From contig CM060734.1 of NCBI GenBank assembly GCA_030704615.1, positions 12,276,001 through 12,340,000 of the forward strand: a stretch of DNA of 64,000 bases, given 5' to 3'. How positions within the stretch are numbered: position 1 is the first letter of the stretch; every line of letters begins with the position of its first letter. Source of the DNA: Takakia lepidozioides (lineage: Eukaryota > Plantae > Bryophyta). Shown here one piece after another: positions 12,429 to 24,200 of this stretch. The notes under the pieces are model-generated. The model was not told the origin of the DNA, made no database searches, and saw nothing but the letters and a program-made list of their open reading frames with translations. The translations under genes and the position numbers were made by a program.

Positions 12429-15211
12429 AACAAGCAATATGCTTGAACGGAAGTGTGCCATTTGAATGGAAGGAGGAAGTCATAGCTTGGCATAGATTTT
12501 CAAGAAATTTGACATCAGTACATCACATTTGGTGAGATGCCCATGGTCTTCAAGAGCCAACCCTGCAGCAAGACTTCTTTGAAAGCAAACGAATAAGTTG
12601 GTCCCCAAGGACTGACTTGTGTATGGAGAATGATGGTAGTTATAACAGGTCCCAGACCAGGTCTCCTGATATTAAGCACCCACTTCAAATGGAAGATGTT
12701 AGAAGAGCCATATGAGCTACCTTTGTACCCAAGTTAAGCAAGGTTGCTTCTTCATAAAGTGAGGATACACCACCAAAGGAAACCACATTGGCCAGGAGGG
12801 AAAGCAAACTGTACACCCATAGCATCACTTGCAATGTGCTCAAGCAGTAGGTCCCCATGAAATTGTAGCTTGACAAGTAAGGACAAGTACCTTGCTTGTA
12901 GCCATACTGCCGCAGTAAGGTAATTATTAGCAGTTTGAACAGAGCTTTAGGCTTCCAGTCTACTGGAAGTTTGGACAATATCACCAATCATTACGACACC
13001 ATCTGTCGTGAAAAATTGGTGGATATCATGTCGACGATTATTGATGATCAGAGGTTCTTTGACATCCTTCAACAACTTCGTGCTCATCTCCCAAATGAGA
13101 AGAAGCCATGGCATCTAAAGATACAGGGAGGCTATACTAAGTTAACCACTTAGAGCGGGCTCTCAATCGACTGGTTCTGTTTTGGGCAGATTGTGTTACT
13201 AGGAACAGCCACATTCAAAAGAGTATTCATTGATCATGCCCAACATATGTTGGCTACTAGTGCATTACCTCGAGTCATTTACTGTACATGCTGGCAACCT
13301 CATACTGGAATGTACAATGTACAAAGCCAGGACTGAGGCCTTCCAGCTGGAAACAAATGTACTGCTGTGAAAGGGAGAGGATGTTTTTTATAGTAGTGTG
13401 GCATTTGGTGGGTCATAAAGCTTTTCTTGGGTGCTCCAGTGCTACCCCCTTTCCTCCCTTTTCGTTGCAGGAAAGAAGAGACAAAGGATAACACTATGAG
13501 AAAGGAAGATACATTGTTCTTTGACCATGACAGTGAGCCATGTAGTATTTTCAACATGCTGGACTGGCTTTCTGAGTCCCTCACATGGTGAAAATATGAA
13601 GAGTAACAGCTCCCTACAACTTATGCTCTGGAGTCTGCACGCATCCAAAGATAACTAGATATGTTGCTGATGGCATCTTTTCCAGTTCTCCTGAATGGGA
13701 AGGGTTTGTAGCCTTATTTCTTCCGCTATCCCATCAACTTCTGAACAGCCTCTTCTGAACACGTAAAGTACTGCTAGTTTTTTTCCTTCGTATTTACAGG
13801 GTGCTCCCGATGCAGAACATACAGCGGGTTCCTTCCCCCGAAAGGCCCTGGCCAGGCTGGCGAGGCTTCTTATGCAGGGCTTACAGTTCCTCCTCTTCAA
13901 AACTTTTACACATGGCAGCATGTGCTAAACGCTGGGGAACGCCCTGATTTTCGAGGCAAAGGGCCTTTGCCTCACACTAGCGCCCTGGGCTTGGGGCCCT
14001 TAAATCAGATAGCTGCGTTACCCTAAACTTTCGCCACCAACAGGAGAAATGTTGTCTAGTGATGCATTGAATCTTTTGGAATGCGTTTGTACTTTCCAAT
14101 GATCGACATGTCAATTCAAACTAAACATTAAATATTAAGGACAACAGTAAGCACACCACCTGACTGCCAATGCTATTCCACTTGATGCTATGAAGTACCT
14201 GTTCAGATGGTTCTAATCACATACAGCCAGGGTAACTCTACGCATGTCTTTGTACTGTACTCATATAGATCCATTCCCTGTTGACTAGTGAAGCACACTG
14301 CCATATTGCTAAAATCTTGCTATTTTCAACCAGGCCTGCACATTCCACATCATCTGCCTAACTGGAAATCCTCCATTGAATGTGACGCACAGCTGATAGT
14401 GCCATCTAGAAGAAAAGGGAAGTGTCTTGCATCCTCTTCTTATTGGCCGCAACCTTCCAACAGGATGCTGCCCAGCTTTTGATTGAGACATCTTACAAGG
14501 GAAATCCACCAAAAGGGTGGGTGAAACTTGTCCATTCCAGAGAACGCAGATACAGAGTCGTGCAGCTGAGTTGCAAGTGAGAAAGAAACTCGTGGAACAC
14601 CCTCATCCCGTAGAGAGTCTTTAAGCCAAGCTCCCTCCAGTGGCGTAAGTTTCTCATCGTCAAAGATACATTACTGTCTTCACTTGCAGGTAGGTATGTG
14701 CCCAATGAATCGAACACAGATTCCAGTAACAGGCCCAAGGGTAAAGAATCCAACATGTGCGCTTCTTGGCCAGCCCTGACGCCCGCAACAAATATAAATG
14801 CTTGACTGTGTGCCCGAACATACAAGGGTGCCCCTCCTCGATGCTCAGAACAAACCAAGTGGAACATCGTGTTGCTCCAATGCAATGCCAACCCCCTCCT
14901 CTATGTCTCAGATCCTTCATATATGTGTGTGTGCACGTGCCTTGCCTTTCCCCATCTTCCTGGCGCAACTTACAATGTCTTCAATATTGAGATTTCAAGA
15001 GCATCCAGAGCCACGGGGGGAGTCAGGGTAGCCCCATATAGTATCTTTGTGGTCATGAATGTCTTGTCACTTGACAAGGGCGTGCCCAAGATGGAGACAA
15101 CCAGAGAAGCCAACCAGTACTTTCTAGCAAAAGTATCTCATCTCTTTCTCTTTTGTTTTTGGATGACATAGACCATGGGAACCATGCAATCCCCACCTCC
15201 CTTTTACAACA

Positions 15212-18200
15212 TCAGCCATTGTAGTGTCGGTGCTGGTGCTGTGTGGCCTGATGTTGTTGCTGTTGCTGCTGTGCCGAAGAGAGGGGCTGTGTGTACTGGG
15301 TGAATGGCTGTGAATACATTGGACCCATGATTCCCTGACATCATCAAGTTTCCTGATTAGACATACTCACTAATGATTGGTATAATCTGATGCACTGGTC
15401 AGATCACCTCAAATATAACCTAAGATTGCTTAGCCTCTTCTATAAGAAGAGGTTTCAAAGATAGAAGTGTAATATCTGCATAACTCCTTTTGATACATCC
15501 AGGACCCCATCAGAAACCTATTTCCTAAAACCCCATTTAGTAAGGAGCCATTAATTCGGCTGTGTGAACAGCATCCGCTGCAAAAAAGCTGCACAATAAG
15601 GACATATATTAGCTGCTGCCATCTTTTTGTCTCACACTTACATCGTCCAAGCATATTTAACCATCGACTGACAATGCTAGACATGATGAGTGCAATTGGA
15701 CATACCTGAGATTGAAGTTGACAACTGAGGCCGTAGTGCGATTGAGTGGAGGGACCATCCTGTGTGCAATCACCGAATCCCACCTGTGTGAACAAGCCCT
15801 GTGTCCCATGTGCCATAAAGTCCTGTCACACACAGCTCTTGCACATGAGTCAGAACTGCTGAACAACCAGATTTCCCCAAAATGAAATCGACGACCACAT
15901 GCCTTAATACTAAGGCAAGCACCCCCACTTCTTACCTGTGAAATGAAGTCGCTCCCAACTGATGGGTGCTGGTAGCTAGCTTGAGAATTTTGGTTGATAA
16001 AATCTCCACTGTAAGCACCTTGGCTTCCTTGAGTTACATACTCAACTCCATAGGCCCCCTGGGATGCCTGTGACAATCAAGGGATGATATAATTTAATGC
16101 TACTTAACAGACTCTGCATGCACATATGAAAACCCTACGGTGTTCAATAATGGTACATGTTGGAGATACCCTGACAAAATGAAATGGATCTATGGGAATC
16201 TTAACAAATGAAAGGGGGAACTGAATGTGGTTGAGCTGTTTTGCTGCTTGATTGCATGTTTCCCTAACTTCTGTGCATGCAACTGATTTTGAAGGTTGTG
16301 TCTCCAATTTGTGAGAGAGATGTTGGATATAGGAGCTGACAAGGTGCCTAAAACTAACGTCAAAACAGAAGGGACTGGACAAGTGGCTTTCCTGTTGGAG
16401 GATCCTTGCAATGTACAATTTCCTGTGGACAAGCTATTCCACACTCATTGACCTAACTATGCAATGCCTTCTGAGTTCCAACAACTTTGTCAAACTAGTA
16501 CTTTGAGGGGCCTTTCGGCCACTGAATGAGAACGTTAAGCTAAAAGCCCAAACAGAGTGAGCGCCCGGAGGTAAAGGACCATATGCAGATAATGAGGTCC
16601 ATAAGATTGGATTACTTGAGATGCTTGTGCCCATAAGAAGTCACGAGGTAAAAATACCTGCGTAGAGAAATCCGCACCCGAGTAGGCCACATGTGACCCT
16701 TGTGATTTGAAGTCCTCGCCAAGGAAATCCTGGAAAAGAAACCATGCAGCTTCAATCAAAGCTGTGGAGAGAGGTCTCACCATTGTATCCATTCCACAGA
16801 TCTGGGATCTCTGTAACTACAATAGATGAAAACATTCCAACACAACGACATTTCAAGTGGCTCAAATGTCATGTCCCCTCTGCTCACTTTCTCGCTCTGT
16901 CCTCTTCTCACAGAAGTATACCTGAGACATGCCACCAAGTGAGAAGCCATCTCGAAGACCCTGACTCAATCCTTGTGTTGGCATCTGCAATTTGCATCCC
17001 ACAACTGCATTAATGAACACAGCCAGAATCACTTCTACATCTTCAACCATACTGATCCCAACCTAATTGCAAAAATAAGTAACTCAAACCGTCCACTCTA
17101 GGAAACACCAATAGAAGACCGACAAAATTTTGCCAAAATAGCCAAGATCTCCAAAAGAGTGGTGTCTCATGACTGGGAGAAAGACCCAGAGAAAAGAACG
17201 GAAGAAAGGTTATGCAAAGGCAGAGTCAAATACCATCGACACCCATTGACACACCCATATCTTCAACCAACTCTATCTGTTGAGGGCAAGCCCACAATAC
17301 TGCTCACCTGGGTCATCAACCCCTGCTGTGTCATCGGTCCACCATTAGATGGTTGAGTTGCTGGACTATCAAGCCCTCCAAAACCAAACCCAGAGCCAGG
17401 GCTCGCATGCTGCTGTGATCCCTGCTGATGCGACAAGTGCCCCCCAATAGGCCCCCCAGTACTTCCCCGCCCAGCGCCAAATCCGCGGCTGCCAGCCTGG
17501 GGAACTTGTGGCATCCCTCCAATTGGACCATGCAACCCTCCTCGAGAGGGAATCGCATAGGGCTGGGTATGAGGGCCACCTGGGAAGGGTGGAAGGGGGA
17601 CTCGTGCTGATGCCAAGCCTCCATGGTGCGGGATGCCTGATTTGTGGGATCCACCATTTGATACTGGACCAAACTGCATATACCTGCTCCCTCCTATTTG
17701 AGCAGAATAAAACTTCCAAGGTCAGACTTCAATCCATCGGTGTTCAAGAGAGAATACTGGTGAAAGATTGTAAAACAAGACATTCCAAAATATTCAATTT
17801 TAAAATTTTACAAGTGAGGCAGGACATCAGCAGGCTTTTCACCTTTACAACCAAGGCTGACCAATCTGATTTAACCCTTCTACAATCCATGAGAAACACA
17901 CTGATGCATACACCCATAATTAGGGACACTTGTCGCACACTTGATCTCGGAGATGAGAGTTTGAGTCCAGGCAGGAACAGTTAGTGACCAAACTGTTGTG
18001 ACAGGAAACCAGAAAAGCCTCAAAAAATTACTTGTGCAAGACATTGATGTCCGAAGTAGCCTTTCCTTGCCAAACAGTAATGACCATGCCCCCATGCACC
18101 AACTGACCAGTAAGTAGTCCTAGAAAGATGCTGCAGAGATATGACAGTCAAGTAAGGCAACAGGTCACCAACCACTTCTTCCATCAACACTCCGGCCACG

Positions 18201-21200
18201 CCCACTGCGGCGATCAGGGAATCCTGCTCCCGATGCACTACTCGCAGTAGGAACTGGAACAAACCCTTCCCCAGGACCCAAGGCTGGCCCTCCACCTCCA
18301 GGGTAGACACGGCGATCATTGTACACCTGTTGTAAATAAAAAAGACAATGGAGTCGCTCCATATTATAGCTTTCCCAGACATGGGCTCTGAATAATAGAT
18401 GTGTAGGAAAACATATGAGAGGACCGCACACATGCATATAGCTATACCAAATGAGCATAGAAGCACAGGACATATGTACGTGGCCCCAGTGTGAACAAGC
18501 AGAATCCCCAGAGAATGTACGAGGTCCCTACATACATCACAAGTAGACCCATTGGCCAAGTCACCAGTCCCGAGAAGCCTTTGATGCAGAGTAAAATGCA
18601 CAATACGAGATCGTGCCATAGGAGTTTTGCTATACCACCTCATTACTGAGGCAAAAAGACTATAACCTTCACTTGCTTCTCACCAGCATCAATACAAAAC
18701 TAAGAAATCATGTTAAACGCCACCTTTTTGGGCTTCTGAAACTGCACCATACTTTGCTTCAGATTGTTAAGAGGCCCTTCCACCAGCACCTCATGCTCCT
18801 GAAACCCAACAAAACATTATTGTGATTAACAAGTAGATAATACATGCTGGGTGTGGTTTGACGATAAAAACAGAGAGGATAGATGATCGATCTTCCATAC
18901 CTTGTAATGTGTAAGTAGACTATTCCACAAAGGCTGCTTGCTGAGCACCTTTGGATTGCCGAGTATTACGATTCCATAGCGGGCACGTGTGAGGGCAACA
19001 TTCAGCCTCCGGGGATCATTCAGAAAACCAATCCCCTGCACACATAGACAATCGATTAAGGTCTGCGTAACTTAAACTGTGGGACCAGAGCTATAAGAAA
19101 CCATCCCCTACAACATTTCATAAGACCCGTAGCAACAGAGATCAAATGGGAAGTAGCAGCAGACAGACTGAAAGTACCCAAGGTTCCATACAAGGGGCCC
19201 AGAAGTTGCTTCACGGGTTCTTTCTCATGGCTGAGATACATGCCCTCATAAGTACTTGAAATGAAACTTGAGCCCATCCAAAGATCAAACACGGTTTCAG
19301 AATCCATGCCTCTTAACAAGAGCGGCCAACCAAAAGGTCCAGATTTACAGCTCTTACCACTGTCGTAAGACATAGCAACATGGTGCACAACCACAAGGCA
19401 TTCACATGATAAATTACAAGAAATAAAGGTAAATATACCTGGTGCTCATTGCTCCTTACGCATGAAAGGATGATGAAATCTTTCTCTCGACCTTGAAAAG
19501 AATCCACGCTTGCCACCTGCCACCGTTACCCTCGACTTCAGTGCAAAATTCAACAATTGACTGAACAACAACAGTGGGAATGATTACACGGAGCCTTTCG
19601 CCAGAAATTTGTCAAGGGAGGATATCTCATAGAAAGCAGTGCAGAACGAGAGTGTGTAAGTGCGAGCAACAAGATGGAGATCTGTGAGTGCGATGTTGTG
19701 AGGCACCACTGATAGTGATTTGCAAAACAAGATCTTAGTACCTCAATTTCCTTGTAAAGTTGCTGGCGGAGGTTACCATTTCTGGCCATGTGGTTCACAA
19801 TGTAGGCACGCTGACCCTCATATGGTGTGATGACACCAATCTGCTTGCACAACCACAGTTAAGCCAGGAGTGCCCTCACACTAAGATATACACAAGCAAT
19901 ATAGAGGTGACCTAAGGTGATGGAATTATGGCTCACACCAAATTGGAAGAGATCACTCTGAATCACTGCACATGTTTTGAAGCTAGGATTTTCAGTGAGG
20001 CAAACAAAATAGAACTTTTGCTGCCTATACAGGCATCTGAAGCTCCAAGTATGCTTGCTCACGAAACAGCACAGAAAAGCTCAGTTAGCCAGATTACATA
20101 TGATACAGAAAGATTATGCTTTCACATTCTGTAGTCACGTCTTCATGAAATACACAGAGAGGGTAGGTGATATGTGCACTCTATACAAGTTTGTGAGTGG
20201 AAACAATTCATAAGACAAGTACCTGGCTGGGGACAACCCCACTCCTTAGAAAACTTGAGACTATTTTTTCCACATTAGCAGCTTCAGTTCTGTTTAGATA
20301 CGAGGTTCCACTTGCGCTGATTTCTTCTTGCCCCATCTGAGTTCCAACCCAGAACAAAAACATATCATCTTCTAATATTCACCATAGATTACAGCTCCAG
20401 ATGAAGAGAAAGGTGATGTACAGCACCTGTCTAATCCTGAAGTGAGAAAGTGCAGCTAACCCATCCTATTTTCATACTAAAGATACGACATTCAAACCCA
20501 AAGCTTCCGGACAAAGGACGGGACCAAAAGTCAGAGACAACAATTTCATCACGTCCATATGTTGGCCCAGCCAGAAATGTGCAGAAGAAATTCATTTATC
20601 CCACCAAATTGACATACACCAAACGTTGCCTGGAGAAATGAAATGGTGCTTTATAATGTCCGCGGGAAGCTCTAAGAGCTTATAGGACAAGGACCAAAAG
20701 TCGGAGACTACGATTTCATCATGTCCATACGTGAGCCCAGCCAGATATGTCCAGAAGAACATTCATTTATCAAACCACATAGACATACACCAAACATTAC
20801 CTAGAGATTGTACTCATAAGACGTTGTTTGCCGTAGCCTTGTGGCCATTGACCCCGCGCCCAGTTTGAGCGGGAACAAAACGGACAGAACCTACCTCTGT
20901 CAGGGGCTGACGTTGGTAGTAAGACTTACCTCCATATAAAGAATTAATCCGGGTTTTCCAGATATCCTCTAGAAATCCCTTCACACAAGCATCAATCTGC
21001 TGTGTGTGATTTGCCCAAAAACTAGGCCTCAGGAGGGCCTGGGCTTTTGGCTCAGCCTCGAGACTTTCAAAGTTGGTAAACAGGGGTACAGGCACAATTC
21101 CCTTAATAGATTTGAAGAGAGCGTCTCTTTGGTGAGAGAACCCCGGACAGTGTATCAGAAAATGAATACTGTCTTCAGATTGCCCACACAACGGGCAATT

Positions 21201-24200
21201 GCACTCTCCCTTTCCTCTCTGCTTCTGTTTGCTGTTCAAAGGTAGGCTTCCTGCCCTGAGTTTAAATTTCAGTCTAGTGCCGAGAGTGGGTAGACCCTTG
21301 AGGTCATCCAAGATGTCCTCCCCCATGTCACAGACTGGAAACAAGTTCAGGGAAGTTTTCTGCCTAACTTCATTTTCATCAGACAATCTCATGGCAACAG
21401 ACATGGCTGAGGACACTACAGCCTCTAAGTCAGATTTATCCAGCAGGGTCAAGATTTGCGGATCCAGGTCCAGGTCCTTGAGGATCTCTTCTACTCTCTT
21501 CTGCCAGGACTTAGCCTGTTTGACAGGGCGGTCCTGTTTCCAAGATATAGAGTCGATTAATTTAGGATATCTGGTGTTGGGCATATGTTGCAGCTGACCC
21601 CACCATCTGACCTTGAATTCATCTCGTCGGGAGCTTAAGGACGGAATGCCAAACTCACCCCGAACAGCCACATTGGCTGTTTTGGAGCATGCTGACATAC
21701 ACTCCTTAAGCACCCCCACTTGAATGGATTCTAGAGACTTAGCCTGGTTGGAGTTATCAACCCATATAGCAGATCCGTACTCCAAGGCAGGTCTAATAAC
21801 GCGACAAAGCATGGTTTTCTTAACCTCAGAGTTGACCCCTCTGCAGTGGAAAAATTTAGTGAGCCCCAGAGCTTTGCCCTTGCCAGTTTGAACAACTTTC
21901 CGGATATGTGCATCCCAATTACAATTGGAGTAGAACTCAACGCCCAGGTAAGTGTAGGAAGGGAGGACCGGGATCTCTTGGCTACCCCACTGCCACTTAA
22001 GATCACTTCCTCCCTCTCCTCTGTCGTAGAATGCTACCACTGCACATTTGCTGACATTAGCCTCTAGCCCCCAAAGATCAAATTATCTCTTCGCGCAATC
22101 AATCAACTCCTGGAGATTGGTTGGAGTCTCCCCTATGCCTGCGAAGTCATCCGCAAACATAAGGGCTGGTATGGTGGTATCACCCACCCTTAACCCAAAT
22201 CCCTCACTTTCCACATCCTCGAGGAGTTGATTGATGAAAACATTGAAGAGCAGAGGGGAGAGATTGTACTCATAAGAGGTTGTTTGCCGTAGCCTTGTGG
22301 CCATTGACCCCGCGCCCAGTTTGAGCGGGAACAAAACGGACAGAACCTACCTCTGTCAGGGGCTGACGTTGGTAGTAAGACTTACCTTCATATATAGAAT
22401 TAATCCGGGTTTTCCAGATATCCTCTAGAAATTCCTTCACACAAGCATCAATCTGCTGTGTGTGATTTGCCCAAAAACTAGGCCTCAGGAGGGCCTGGGC
22501 TTTTGGCTCAGCCTCGAGACTTTCAAAGTTGGTAAACAGGGGTACAGGCACAATTCCCTTGATAGATTTGAAGAGAGCGTCTCTTTGGTGAGAGAACCCC
22601 GGACAGTGTATCAGAAAATGAATACTGTCTTCAGATTGCCCACACAACGGGCAATTGCACTCTCCCTTTCCTCTCTGCTTCTGTTTGCTGTTCAAAGGTA
22701 GGCTTCCTGCCCTGAGTTTAAATTTCAGTCTAGTGCCGAGAGTGGGTAGACCCTTGAGGTCATCCAAGATGTCCTCCCCCATGTCACAGACTGGAAACAA
22801 GTTCAGGGAAGTTTTCTGCCTAACTTCATTTTCATCAGACAATCTCATGGCAACAGACATGGCTGAGGACACTACAGCCTCTAAGTCAGAGGGGAGAGAG
22901 TACATTACCTAGAGAAATGAAATGGTACTTTATAACATCTGCAGGAAGTTCAAAGAGCTTATGGGACAAGGACCAAAAGTGAGAGACAACGATTCCATCA
23001 TGTCCATATGTGGGTGCAGCCAGAGATGTGCAGAAGAAATTTCATTTATCATTCCACAATGAAATAGAGAAATGAAATGTACTTTATAACGTCCCCGGGA
23101 AGCTCAAAGAACTTATGGAACAAGGAAGAAAGACACAAGAAAGAGAGAGGGGCCACAAACAAACAGCCCAAAAGCCACTAAAGCTCAAGGGATTGTCTAA
23201 GAGCCAATGCTTCAGCCAGGTAAGCTGCCAGGCATTTCTGATCCTTGTAATGGAGAAAGATTGGGCATCCCACAAAAGACAGTTAAATCTCCCACAGATC
23301 TCATTTTAGTATAAAGTGCAGTGAAAGAAGAAATGTTCTTCACTTTCAATCTCCCTGTAGTTCCCAGTGCAAGCAGGGGCATAGTCGATCTTCAGGTTGC
23401 AGATTTTCCCACCTACCAGCCTCTATCCTCAGGCTGTGCGAGCCCATCCTGACCTTCCCCAACTCCGCCTGACATGCAGTTCCATAAGTTCTCTTCTGAT
23501 GCATCTATTGCAGCCATGTTTGGACGCAATATCCACCCCCCCCCCATCTGTGGCAGCAATGGAGAGTCCATTGCACTCCAAAAAGTTTGACATCCAAGCA
23601 TACCAAGAATGCTGGAAACCATCTGTTTGGAGCCTGATAGATGTTGGGAGGGCCCCGGCTGTCAAACCTTTGGGTGAAGGGCTTGTAAGAAATATTGTAA
23701 GGCAGAAGACTGCCTTGGTTTGCAGTGGGACGCATGTAGATTCCGCACACAGAATTTGTGAACGTATTGTCCCTGTAGCTCCCAGCATTCCTTGGAGGAA
23801 AGACAATTGCAGTGGTTCTAGATTTTATTCCCACAAGGAAACTGGGACACCAGGTGGCCAGAACTCACAGCCATAAATGGTGGGCAGGGGTGACAACTGA
23901 ATCGAAGAGCCACTTTTTGGTGGGGGGGTGGCGCAGGTGTATTTGTTTGAACTTAGCCTGAAGACATATGGAGTCAGCCTTGCACTTCGTCAATCTATCC
24001 ACAGCAGTGGATGCAAACTGGAATTTGGGTGAGTGGATAACCAGCCCCAGGTATGGGAATGAGTTCACGACTTCAAGCTCTTGCTGGTTGAAGAGGAATC
24101 TAAGATACATACGCATGGCCATTGAAAACCATGATCTTAGCTTAGGTTGACCTGCAACCTGGAGAGGCCTAGAGAGAAAGAAAGAAGAGAGATGTTTCTT

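Noticed and set aside
12685-14990. Short ORFs between the PPR and UPF1 stops
   Set aside because: No recognisable motifs or consistent splice structure. Most likely UTR or intergenic sequence.
20505-23125. CRISPR-like or RT-associated repeat array next to a reverse transcriptase
   Set aside because: The units are contiguous ~170-bp degenerate tandem repeats without unique spacers, inside a eukaryotic intron. The RT is an ordinary LINE inserted with a TSD.
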